Below, piece by piece: positions 20,425 through 29,274 of a DNA stretch of 64,000 bases. This stretch comes from a candidate division Kazan bacterium RIFCSPHIGHO2_01_FULL_44_14 (GTDB lineage Bacteria > Patescibacteriota > Kazan-3B-28), in NCBI GenBank assembly GCA_001771185.1, contig METB01000001.1, positions 439,200 through 503,199 on the forward strand, given 5' to 3'. The notes under the pieces were generated by a model. That model saw nothing but the letters and a program-made list of their open reading frames with translations. It ran no database searches and was not told where the DNA came from. How positions within the stretch are numbered: the first letter of the stretch is position 1; every line of letters begins with the position of its first letter. The translations under genes were made by a program, and so were the position numbers.

Positions 20425-21393
20425 ATGACTCAGGTTTTTGCGGGGATTATTATTGTATTGGTGGTGGCTTATCTGGCGATTGCCAGACGGTCGCTGTCGG
20501 TCCCGTCATCAGTTTTCATGATGACGCTTTTGGGGGTAATCGTCGGTCTGTCAATCGGAGCACTGATTTCTTTGCCGCTGTCGAGATTAGCCGATCCGCT
20601 GGGTCAATGGTTGCCTTTAATTGTAAATATTTTTTCGGTGGCGATTGTCACCACTTTCTTTTACAACCAACGGGAAAGCATTATGCGTTCGATCGGTCAG
20701 TTGGTTGATTTGATTGGGGCACTAGTCAAAGAGTCCCGAAGTGCCAGACGGGAAGGGGGTAAGAGCGATCGGGCAACGGCTACTCCAATCGTGGTAGATA
20801 CGAGTGTGATTATTGACGGCCGGATATTGGATTTAGCCAAAACCGGGTTTATCAATGGGACGCTAATTGTTCCGCGGTTTGTGTTGGATGAGTTGCAGTC
20901 AATCGCTGATTCGGAGGAAGTGTTAAGACGGAACAAAGGGCGGAGAGGGTTAGAAGTGTTAAACACGCTCAAGCGGGAATCGGGAGTCACGGTAGAAGTG
21001 GTGGATGATGATTTTGCTAATGAACCGGATGTCGATTCAAAAATTATTCGACTGACTAAGTATTATCATGGCCGGTTAATGACAGTTGACTACAATCTTA
21101 ACCGAGTGGCTCAAATCCAAAACTTAGTGGTGCTTAATGTCAATGAGTTAAATAATGCGCTTCGGCCAGTTGTTCTGCCTGGTGAGCGGTTGAAGATTAG
21201 AATTATCCAAGCCGGTAAAGACGCCGGTCAAGGAGTTGGTTATTTGGAGGATGGGACAATGGTGGTAGTTGAGGGAGGTGATAGTGGAATTGGCAAGGAC
21301 CAAGAAGTGGTGGTGACTAGGGTATTCCAGACCGTGGCTGGCAAAATGATTTTTGCGATGCCGGAAGACAAGTATCAACAAGCCCGTAAGTAG
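20425..21393 (+). CDS. PIN/TRAM membrane protein (YacL-like)
   Basis: DTSVIIDGRI, QGVGYLEDGTMVVVE, QTVAGKMIFA; follows clpC. Confidence 0.92.
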   Translation: MTQVFAGIIIVLVVAYLAIARRSLSVPSSVFMMTLLGVIVGLSIGALISLPLSRLADPLGQWLPLIVNIFSVAIVTTFFYNQRESIMRSIGQLVDLIGALVKESRSARREGGKSDRATATPIVVDTSVIIDGRILDLAKTGFINGTLIVPRFVLDELQSIADSEEVLRRNKGRRGLEVLNTLKRESGVTVEVVDDDFANEPDVDSKIIRLTKYYHGRLMTVDYNLNRVAQIQNLVVLNVNELNNALRPVVLPGERLKIRIIQAGKDAGQGVGYLEDGTMVVVEGGDSGIGKDQEVVVTRVFQTVAGKMIFAMPEDKYQQARK

Positions 21394-21421
21394 ATAAATA
21401 AGATAGGAATAAGCGTACCTC

Positions 21422-21450
21422 TTGACTAAAAGAGTATTTTGTGGTATAAT
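21422..21450 (+). promoter_or_regulatory. sigma70 promoter
   Basis: TTGACT-17bp-TATAAT. Confidence 0.75.
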
Positions 21451-21478
21451 CGGATGATGGCCTAAGTCCACTTACTAG

Positions 21479-23203
21479 GTGATAAAACAAACACAAAAAT
21501 TTTTAATTCGTTTATTGGAGCAGGAACTATTTACCGTTCTGGCAATTTTGATTGTGGGTAGCTTTGGATTGTGGACCAGAGCGAGTGATACGGCGACTGT
21601 AACGATGAATCTGACGGTCCTTAATCCGGGTGGGACGATTACGGTTTTGACGCCGAATGGTGGTGAAAATTGGACGGTTGGTTCTAGTCAAAACATTACT
21701 TGGGAGACCACGGGGACGGTGACCGATGTCAAGATCGAATTGCAACGCTCTACTGGCGGGAGTTGGGAGACGATTATTGCGTCAACTACCAATGATGGTA
21801 GTTATCCATGGGAGGTGACCGAACCAACTACTGTTCAGGCATTAATTAAGATTACTGAAGTGGGCGATAACACAGTGACCGACACTAGTGGTGCAGTATT
21901 CTCAATTGTTAGTTCTGGCGGAGGCGGAGGGGCTGGAGGTGGGACATATATTCCGCCGGCGCCAGCGATTGACAACATTACACCTTCAATCGTTGTTAAT
22001 CGAGTGCCGGTAATCTTAGATATTACTGGTATTAATTTTGAAATTGGAGTGTACTTTCGTCTGAATGGGACTATAAATTTACAGAATCCGGTTTGGATCA
22101 GTCCTTATCGGGCACAAGTAACAGTCCCGACTGGTATCTCGGTTGGAACTTGGTACATTTGGGTTTATAACCCAGACGGCCAACATACAGTTTGGGGACA
22201 ACCCATTCAAATCGTGGTCCCGCAGTATGATGCAATCGCGCAGGATTTGCCGGAAACCATCCGATTTTATTTACATCCGAGCGAGACCGGTCAGATTACA
22301 CTTAAGTTTACTAATTACAGCAACCAGTCCTGGGATGCTCGGCTGAAATTTGGAACGGTTGAGCCGGTGGATCACAATAGTTTGCTTTATCATGCCCCGA
22401 CCTGGTCAGCCCGGAATCGGGCGGTGAATTATCGTGTGACAGCCGTAGGATACGGTGGAACAGTTGAATTGCCGTTGACGGTTCAAGCCCCATTGCAGTC
22501 AGGAACCTATACGGACAAATTTAAATTAGTTTTGGACGGAGTGGCCTGGCTCAATATGGTTCCAATTACAGTAGAGGTAATTGTTTCACCAGAAATTAAG
22601 GCCCCACCAACTACTGGTGGCGAGGAATTGTTCTATGACGCGAAGTTTATCGCTAAATCGCCTAATCCGAGAATTGTAACTGGCGATGAAGCAGAATTGT
22701 GGGTGGAATTTAAAAACACTGGTACGATTCCGTGGCAAAGCACTGGATTAAATCCGGTTCGGTTAGGTACCACTCATACGCGGGATCGAGTGAGTCGGTT
22801 TACTCATTCAACTTGGATTATCAATAATAATCGGGCTACAAGTGTTGGGAATGCGGTAGTTAAGCCAGGTGAGATTGGCCGATTCGAATTTAAGATTAAG
22901 GCGCCGACCAGGACTGGTTATTACCGAGAATGGTTTGGGTTAGTGGCAGAGTTTAAACAGTGGTTTGGGGCGAGTGCTGAAGCAAGGTGGGATATTTCGG
23001 TAATTCGGAGAACAGCCAACAGGGTAGTCGCTCCGAGTACGGGGGGTACGACAACTCCGGGGGTTACCGGGTTGACTTCTGCTGGTGGGTCGGCTCCAGT
23101 CGTCTCGGTTTCTGATACATCTGATTTGCTCTGGCAGATTTTGTCAGGAGCAGTAGGCCGAGTAATGGACAGTATTGGCGGTCTGCTTCGAAGTTGGTTT
23201 TAA
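21479..23203 (+). CDS. exported multi-Ig-like-domain protein
   Basis: N-terminal hydrophobic helix, PNGGE-W Ig-like domain, Gly linker, two NBR1-Ig-like repeats (F.N....W ... AP...G.Y). Confidence 0.7.
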   Translation: MIKQTQKFLIRLLEQELFTVLAILIVGSFGLWTRASDTATVTMNLTVLNPGGTITVLTPNGGENWTVGSSQNITWETTGTVTDVKIELQRSTGGSWETIIASTTNDGSYPWEVTEPTTVQALIKITEVGDNTVTDTSGAVFSIVSSGGGGGAGGGTYIPPAPAIDNITPSIVVNRVPVILDITGINFEIGVYFRLNGTINLQNPVWISPYRAQVTVPTGISVGTWYIWVYNPDGQHTVWGQPIQIVVPQYDAIAQDLPETIRFYLHPSETGQITLKFTNYSNQSWDARLKFGTVEPVDHNSLLYHAPTWSARNRAVNYRVTAVGYGGTVELPLTVQAPLQSGTYTDKFKLVLDGVAWLNMVPITVEVIVSPEIKAPPTTGGEELFYDAKFIAKSPNPRIVTGDEAELWVEFKNTGTIPWQSTGLNPVRLGTTHTRDRVSRFTHSTWIINNNRATSVGNAVVKPGEIGRFEFKIKAPTRTGYYREWFGLVAEFKQWFGASAEARWDISVIRRTANRVVAPSTGGTTTPGVTGLTSAGGSAPVVSVSDTSDLLWQILSGAVGRVMDSIGGLLRSWF

Positions 23204-23305
23204 AAGCATAGATAGATGATTTATGGCTCCTGGGGCGACTTTTTGCTTGACAAAAAGGTAATTTGTGCTACCCTAGGAGAGGTATATTGGCTGACATTAT
23301 TTTTT

Positions 23306-23728
23306 ATGAATAAACTGTTACAACAGGGGAAAGTGGTTCTGGTGGGGTTAGCGGTTATGGTTGGTCTGGGAGCGTGGGGAATGGGAATCCCAAACCAGTT
23401 TATTGATATTTTTGCGCCTATAGCGGGTGACCAGTGGCAGGTTGGTAAAGTGAAGCAAATCGAATGGGTTGGCGTAGAAGTGGCCGGTCCTTATCGGATT
23501 GAGATTCAGCGCCAACCCATGGGCAAATGGCAGACCATTGTTGGTTCGACCTATGGTCATGGAATGGACAATGGCCATACGGCCTACGATTGGCGCGTGA
23601 CCGGTCCAGTAACTCGGCGAGCTCAAATCCGAATTACGGACTTAGGTCCAGACGGCCCGAATGGTCCAATCGTTGGCTATAGTGAGAGATTCATAATCTA
23701 TCAGGGGTCTCACATTGGGGCTCGGTAA
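23306..23728 (+). CDS. small exported Ig-like protein
   Basis: signal-like N-terminus; resembles the first domain of the upstream protein; TTGACA at 23247. Confidence 0.6.
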   Translation: MNKLLQQGKVVLVGLAVMVGLGAWGMGIPNQFIDIFAPIAGDQWQVGKVKQIEWVGVEVAGPYRIEIQRQPMGKWQTIVGSTYGHGMDNGHTAYDWRVTGPVTRRAQIRITDLGPDGPNGPIVGYSERFIIYQGSHIGAR

Positions 23729-23750
23729 TCAGTAGTGTAAACTAAATTAT

Positions 23751-23780
23751 AAAAGTCGTACCCGATTGGGTACGACTTTT
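23751..23780. terminator. bidirectional intrinsic terminator
   Basis: aaaagtcgtaccc-gatt-gggtacgactttt perfect hairpin between convergent genes. Confidence 0.8.
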
Positions 23781-23841
23781 GGTTTATTAGCCACCATTTT
23801 GCTTCGCCCTTGTACGGTGGCGCCAAAAGCGTGGCCTTACT

Positions 23842-24046
23842 CATCAATTGCTAGCCGATAAGCAAAACTGTCTTACTGCTCTCGCCAAACTCTCCCTCCC
23901 CAGTTGTGTCTTCTTCTCGTCATCCTGAACTGGTTTCAGGATCTAGATGAGTAAAATAAATTTAGCATGACAGAACTGGGGAGGGATCAAACAGTTGGCT
24001 TCGCAATGGCAGTTTTGCTGTCGGCGAACGCAATTGGCTCGATGGG
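23842..24046. repeat. nested palindromic element with central GTCAT doublet
   Basis: core 23918-23972 inside tccctccccagtt/aactggggaggga, inside an outer imperfect inverted repeat. Confidence 0.7.
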
Positions 24047-24115
24047 TTCTAAAGTCGACTCAAAGTTGAAGGGCCGGTGAAGGTGGGGATTATAGGCGGA
24101 AACTGGGCCACTTTT

Positions 24116-25207
24116 TTATACATTGAAACGGAAAAGGAGGACATCACCATCTTTGACGATGTAGGTTTTACCTTCGGCTCTGACTTTTCCAGTTGAACGA
24201 GCGCCTATCCAGCCGTTATTTGTAATGAAGTCGTTGTAACTAACGGTCTCGGCGCGGATGAATCCTTTGGTAAAGTCGGTGTGAATAGCACCGGCAGCGA
24301 TTGGAGCCGTGTCGCCATTGTGGATAGTCCAGCCCCGGGCTTCTTTTTCTCCAGCAGTGAAAAAGGTGATTAATCCAAGAAGTTTATAACCGGCTCGAAT
24401 GATTTGATTGAGTCCCGGTTCGGTCAAACCTAAACTCTGAATAAATTCAGCGCGTTCGTCTGGAAGTAATTCAGTGAGTTCGGCTTCGCTTTTAGCATCA
24501 ACAGCAATTACTTCTGCATTTTCTTTGTGGCTTAGTGTCTGTAACGGTTGAAGTAGTTCAGTGTTATTTAGTTGAGTTGTATCAACATTGGCAACATAGA
24601 GAACTGGTTTGTTGGTTAGAAGTTGGAGCTCTTTTAAGTAAACCGATTCAGTTGGACTGACTGGCAAAGAACGGGCCGGCTCCCCTGTCTCCAAGTGATT
24701 TTTTAAGCGGGTGATAAATTCAACTCGGGGCTGCAACTTGGCGTCTCCGCGAGCAGCTTTCTCTTCTTGAGGTAAGCGTTTTTCCAGGGTCTGTAAATCG
24801 GCCAGAGCCAGTTCAGTAGCAATGATTTCAGCGTCATCTATCGGGTCAATTTGGCCACTAACATGAGTAACATTGGTATCGTTAAACAAACGGACAACTT
24901 CTATAATGGCATCAACTTCGCGGATGTGGGCTAGGAATTGATTACCCAAACCTTCGCCCTTGGAGGCGCCTTTGACCAGACCAGCAATATCTACAAATTC
25001 AACAGTAGCGGGAACAACTTTTTGGGAGTGTTCTAGCTCGGCAAGCTTGGCTAAGCGAGAGTCAGGAACCGGAACAATGCCGGTGTTTGGCTCAATTGTG
25101 CAGAATGGGAAATTCGAAGCTGCCGCTTGATTGGTGCCAAGCAGAGCATTGAAGAGAGTAGATTTTCCGACGTTGGGAAGCCCAACGATACCGAGTTTTA
25201 GAGACAT
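24116..25207 (-). CDS. ychF: redox-regulated ATPase YchF
   Basis: GLPNVGKST, FPFCTIEPN, DIAGLVKGAS, TGS domain. Confidence 0.97.
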   Translation of the reverse strand: MSLKLGIVGLPNVGKSTLFNALLGTNQAAASNFPFCTIEPNTGIVPVPDSRLAKLAELEHSQKVVPATVEFVDIAGLVKGASKGEGLGNQFLAHIREVDAIIEVVRLFNDTNVTHVSGQIDPIDDAEIIATELALADLQTLEKRLPQEEKAARGDAKLQPRVEFITRLKNHLETGEPARSLPVSPTESVYLKELQLLTNKPVLYVANVDTTQLNNTELLQPLQTLSHKENAEVIAVDAKSEAELTELLPDERAEFIQSLGLTEPGLNQIIRAGYKLLGLITFFTAGEKEARGWTIHNGDTAPIAAGAIHTDFTKGFIRAETVSYNDFITNNGWIGARSTGKVRAEGKTYIVKDGDVLLFRFNV

Positions 25208-25218
25208 AATTTAATTAT

Positions 25219-25411
25219 GTCATTCTCCGGCTTGCGCCAGTCCTCCGTAGCTCATAGAGCGGAGGATGGAACCGGAGAATCCAGAAAAGAAAATAAAAAT
25301 GTTTCTGTTTTTTGTCTGGATTCCCGCCTACCTGCCCGAATCGCTACGCCCGCCAGAAATGTTGTATCTACCACGGGCTGGCGAATCGTTGCGGACGGGC
25401 GCGGGAATGAC
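25219..25411. repeat. GTCAT-tagged hairpin doublet with nested insertions
   Basis: gtcattctccgg...ccggagaatccag and ctggattcccgc...gcgggaatgac. Confidence 0.8.
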
Positions 25412-25445
25412 TGAAAGGGTTATGGATGGTGCTAAATACTAGATA

Positions 25446-26006
25446 CTACTTGGCTCGCTCAATATATGAACCGTCGCGAGTATCAACGATGATAGTATCG
25501 CCGATTGAAATAAACATGGGGACTCGGATTGAAAAACCGGTTTCAATCGTAGCATTCTTGGTTGGGTTGGTGGCACTGTCGCCTTTTACGGCTGGTTCGG
25601 ATTCAGTTACCTTGAATGGCATTTTGGTTGGCAGGGACAGGTTGATTGCGTTCTCGTCAAACATCAGTAGTTCTACTTCCTGGCCATCCTTAATAAAATT
25701 GGCCGAGAAACCAACGGTAGCTCCAGGGATAGTGAATTGGTCGAATGTAGTTGTATCCATGACAACAAAATCACCGCCTTGGTGATAAAGAAACTGGGCT
25801 TTTTTGCGTTCCAATTCAGCGGGTACGAATTTTTCGTCGCCATGAAAAGTCCGTTCAATATTATTACCAGTCAGTAGGTTTTTGAGGGTAGTTCGGAGCA
25901 CAGCTCCGCCGCGTCCCATTTTGGAGTGTTGATACTTAACTACCTCGTAGGGAGCACCTTCGAGGTTAATCACCACGCCAGTTTTTAGATCATTGATGGT
26001 CAGCAT
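25446..26006 (-). CDS. efp: elongation factor P
   Basis: KMGRGGA loop, C-terminal VDTRDGSYIERA. Confidence 0.96.
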   Translation of the reverse strand: MLTINDLKTGVVINLEGAPYEVVKYQHSKMGRGGAVLRTTLKNLLTGNNIERTFHGDEKFVPAELERKKAQFLYHQGGDFVVMDTTTFDQFTIPGATVGFSANFIKDGQEVELLMFDENAINLSLPTKMPFKVTESEPAVKGDSATNPTKNATIETGFSIRVPMFISIGDTIIVDTRDGSYIERAK

Positions 26007-26138
26007 AGGGGAGAAATCTAACCAATCTAATCAATCTAATCAATGAGGAATGGAATCTTTCGGTGGGATTCAGTTCCAATCCTACGGCTTGATTGGTCAG
26101 ATTGAAATAAATTGAATAGATTGGTGAGATTGTTTAAA

Positions 26139-26402
26139 TTAATGCAGGGTGAAGGGGAGCAATGCCAAATGCCGCGATCGTTTGAGTGCTTCGGTGACGG
26201 CTCGTTGATGTTTGGCACAAGTGCCGGTGCGGTGTTGCGATTCAATTTTCATGTAACGGGAAACAAACTTACGCAACATTCGGGTATTTTTGTAATCAAC
26301 ATAGGGAATACCTTCTGAACAAAAATAGCAGGTCTTCTTGACCGCCATCATTGACCGCAGAGTTTTTGGTCGCTTGGAAGTGGGGCGTTTGAATCTTGCC
26401 AT
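26139..26402 (-). CDS. rpsR: 30S ribosomal protein S18
   Basis: CYFC..VDYKN..TGTCAKHQR..ALLPF. Confidence 0.96.
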   Translation of the reverse strand: MARFKRPTSKRPKTLRSMMAVKKTCYFCSEGIPYVDYKNTRMLRKFVSRYMKIESQHRTGTCAKHQRAVTEALKRSRHLALLPFTLH

Positions 26403-26408
26403 AGTAGT

Positions 26409-26888
26409 TTAAAAAGGAATATCTTCTATATTTATTTCATCGTCACTAGTTGCAGGCGTCGTAGGCGCATTATCGGCCGCAATCACCGCAGGTTGCGGGA
26501 CCTCGCCAAAGGCGGTGGCGGGGTGAGCGGTTGGTTCAGGAGACATTTCACCACTCCGTTGACTATCTTGGAGCAAAAGTTCAGAAGCAATTACTTCGGT
26601 CTTGTATCGTTTGATTCCATCTTGGCCGTCCCAACTACGGGTTTGCAGGCGACCTTCAACATAAGTGCGACGACCTTTCTTGTAGATTTGGCCGACAATT
26701 TCGGCTAATTTGCCCCAAGCAACAATGTCAATATATTCAACTGCGTCTACCCGCATCCCTTGAGCATCGTTCCAAGAACGGTTGCAGGCCACGGCGAACG
26801 AGGCCACGGTCTGTCCAGTAGCCGTAGTTCTAATCTCTGGATCGCGAGTGAGATTACCAATTAGTATAACTTTGTTGATGTCGCGCAT
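26409..26888 (-). CDS. ssb: single-stranded DNA-binding protein
   Basis: NKVILIGNLTRDPE, EGRLQTRSW, terminal DIPF. Confidence 0.97.
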   Translation of the reverse strand: MRDINKVILIGNLTRDPEIRTTATGQTVASFAVACNRSWNDAQGMRVDAVEYIDIVAWGKLAEIVGQIYKKGRRTYVEGRLQTRSWDGQDGIKRYKTEVIASELLLQDSQRSGEMSPEPTAHPATAFGEVPQPAVIAADNAPTTPATSDDEINIEDIPF

Positions 26889-26992
26889 AGTTAGATGAAT
26901 TAAGAATTATGAATCATGAATAATGGAGGATCTGCTGAATAGCAGAGTTACTATCATTTTTAATTTTTAATTTGGCATTTTTAATTTGCGGA

Positions 26993-27475
26993 TTATTCTT
27001 CTTTCAGTAAATTCCCTAACTTTTCGTCGAGTTCTTTCAACCGAGTGGCTTCATCTTTTTGAGGGACGACTGGCTTAGCAACTGGAGTCCGGCGAGTAGC
27101 CATGGTAGTTGGTCTGGTTGTGGTCCGGATTGGGGTTGGTTGTTCCTTGAAGGGATCAATCATTTTAATGTCCTCTGGCCGAATCTTTTCTTTATCCAGC
27201 GATAGAATTAGATGGCGAATAGTTTCTGGCATCAACTGGATATCATGGTTGAAGGTTGCGATTTGTTCTGACGGATAATTGAAAACCATAGTGGCGTAGT
27301 AGCCATATTCGTGTTTGCCAATTGGGTAGGCCAACCGTTGTTTCCCCCAGAAATTCTGGGAATAAATCCGTCCTTCGGCCTTGGTAATTAGACCGGCTAT
27401 TTTGGCTGTGATATTCTGGGCCTCTATCTCTGGCATATCAGAGGAGATAATAAATGTTAGTTCGTAATTAGTCAT
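26993..27475 (-). CDS. rpsF: 30S ribosomal protein S6
   Basis: YELTFI, WGKQRLAYPI; rpsF-ssb-rpsR operon. Confidence 0.95.
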   Translation of the reverse strand: MTNYELTFIISSDMPEIEAQNITAKIAGLITKAEGRIYSQNFWGKQRLAYPIGKHEYGYYATMVFNYPSEQIATFNHDIQLMPETIRHLILSLDKEKIRPEDIKMIDPFKEQPTPIRTTTRPTTMATRRTPVAKPVVPQKDEATRLKELDEKLGNLLKEE

Positions 27476-27594
27476 AGAGAAAAATTCCTTTCCCGTGGGG
27501 ATTCCCGGGTTGGCCGGGAGAAAAGGTTATTAATATTGTATGGGCAGTATAGGTGATAGAATTGGGGTAGTCAATACTTGGTTCGTATACTAGT

Positions 27595-27684
27595 TGGCGG
27601 AGAGGAAGGGATTCGAACCCTTGGTACTCTTTCGAGTACACAGTCTTTCCAGGACTGCCAGATAAACCACTCTTGCACCTCTCC
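27595..27684 (-). tRNA. tRNA-Ser(GGA)
   Basis: 90-nt cloverleaf, CAGTC-CTGGAAA-GACTG anticodon arm, long variable arm, GCCA end. Confidence 0.95.
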
Positions 27685-27698
27685 TTGACGATTTTATT

Positions 27699-28730
27699 TT
27701 ACCTCACCTTGGCAGGGTATCTGTTCTGTGGGTACTTTTCAATAAAATTGTCGTATTTCGTCTGGTGCTTGGGGTTGTTGGTGCCCACAATTTTTAGATA
27801 ACGAGCCACAGAAGAGGTCCCATACGCATAGACATGTTGTGGGTTCGGCTGTTTGGGGTTCAAACCAATTGAATCTAGCATACTCGTAACCCAAGAAGCG
27901 ATCGGGATACTATGATTTGTAAACGTGAGACCGATGTGCTCGTATTGATTCCCGCCTACCTGGTGTTTGTGGATATATATACATCCATCTGTGTCAACTA
28001 ACCCCCGGAGAGTGGCGTCTTTCCATTTTTTATACCGATTGACCCAGTTTGGCACTCGGACCTGCTGTCGCACTTTATTGCCAGTTTTGAGGCCAATCCT
28101 GACAAATAGTTCTACATACTCTATACCGGATAGAGTGATGACACAAACAGTATCTCGAAAGTAGATTTTGGGGTACTCACTAAAAATTTTATATATCAAT
28201 GAGGCAACATGTCCGGCATAGAGTTTGTCTCTGGTTTTGTCTAGAGTGATTTGCAGCTGATTAAATGTAATCCCGCCATCGCCCAGAAGAATGCCTGTAA
28301 GTTCGGCTAAATTTTCTGAAAGACGAGGCTTCAGTATCTGTTTGCGCACATTACATCCTAATAGTCGATATTTTTCTGGGTCTAGTTTCCGCTTCTTGGC
28401 AGAGATTTTGCCAGCTATACGTCTAGTCTCGAGGTTTCCAGGTGCCCCATGTTTTGCCAGCATTGCCATTGCCCCTATGCGAGCAATCTCCGGTATTTGC
28501 CAATGTTCTGGCTTGGTCTGATAGCGAGGCAGGGGAATATTGTATTTTGTGCTAAGTCGTTTCAGTATCTCTGCATTTGGCAGGTATAATCCTCTTTCCC
28601 AGTCGCGAAGAGTCCGAACCGATATTCCAGAGTCATGAGCTATTGCTATTTTGGTTTTTTGACTACGAGCAAAAAGCTCGGCAAAGAAGTAATCTAGTTG
28701 TGGTTTGGGTAGTGATGCTCTCATTTTCAT
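27699..28730 (-). CDS. HTH plus double-motif LAGLIDADG protein
   Basis: N-terminal HTH (IAHDSGISVRTLRDWERG); ELTGILLGDG and LRGLVDTDG motifs. Confidence 0.85.
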   Translation of the reverse strand: MKMRASLPKPQLDYFFAELFARSQKTKIAIAHDSGISVRTLRDWERGLYLPNAEILKRLSTKYNIPLPRYQTKPEHWQIPEIARIGAMAMLAKHGAPGNLETRRIAGKISAKKRKLDPEKYRLLGCNVRKQILKPRLSENLAELTGILLGDGGITFNQLQITLDKTRDKLYAGHVASLIYKIFSEYPKIYFRDTVCVITLSGIEYVELFVRIGLKTGNKVRQQVRVPNWVNRYKKWKDATLRGLVDTDGCIYIHKHQVGGNQYEHIGLTFTNHSIPIASWVTSMLDSIGLNPKQPNPQHVYAYGTSSVARYLKIVGTNNPKHQTKYDNFIEKYPQNRYPAKVR

Positions 28731-28751
28731 ATGCCACTAAGCGTCCCCTCT

Positions 28752-28777
28752 ATTATATCAGATGCGGGTGATATAAT
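28752..28777. promoter_or_regulatory. back-to-back extended -10 elements forming an inverted repeat
   Basis: attatatca-8bp-tgatataat gives TGATATAAT on both strands. Confidence 0.55.
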
Positions 28778-28784
28778 GAATCTG

Positions 28785-28859
28785 CGGGGGTGCGTTTATA
28801 ATAGCGAAGCGGGTTGGGGTGCAAGCCCCTCGAGGGTTCGAATCCCTCACCCTCCGCCA
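28785..28859 (+). pseudogene. tRNA-Ser-like remnant (intact 3' half)
   Basis: variable arm GGGG-tgcaag-CCCC, T arm GAGGG-TTCGAAT-CCCTC, ACCCTCC-GCCA; no proper D/anticodon 5' half. Confidence 0.75.
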
Positions 28860-28941
28860 CACTTCGCCAAGGCGCTTCGTGTGACCCATGGCCAACATTG
28901 AGCCAATGCTATGTGTGGCTTATAGCCAGAAAGGGTGTGAT

Positions 28942-29274
28942 ATGACATTTGAAGAATTATTAAAGTGGGTTGATGTTGAAGACCAAAGGTTAAAAGACCA
29001 GTTTGGTAATTATCCAGATGAAGAAAAGCGGATTTTGGCACGGACTGTGAAGTTGTCAGAAGAGTTAGGAGAGTTGTGTGATGAGGTGTTATCGTTCAAC
29101 TCGATGCAGAGGCAAGAAAAGCTGGATGAACACGAGGGCGATAATTTATCAGCAGAGTTTGCGGATGTGTTGATTACTACTTTGTTATTGGCCAAAACTA
29201 TGGGAGTAGATGTCCGAACTGCGCTCGAAAAAAAGATTGATAAAATCAATACGAGATACGAAGTCAAAATATGA
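28942..29274 (+). CDS. MazG-like NTP pyrophosphohydrolase
   Basis: KLSEELGEL..EFADVLI. Confidence 0.88.
   Translation: MTFEELLKWVDVEDQRLKDQFGNYPDEEKRILARTVKLSEELGELCDEVLSFNSMQRQEKLDEHEGDNLSAEFADVLITTLLLAKTMGVDVRTALEKKIDKINTRYEVKI

Noticed and set aside
25217-25414. 65-aa ORF
   Set aside because: Coincides with the nested palindromic repeat.
27699-28859. LAGLIDADG gene as part of an intron splitting the tRNA-Ser remnant
   Set aside because: No matching 5' exon on the plus strand upstream of the gene and no group I core motifs seen.
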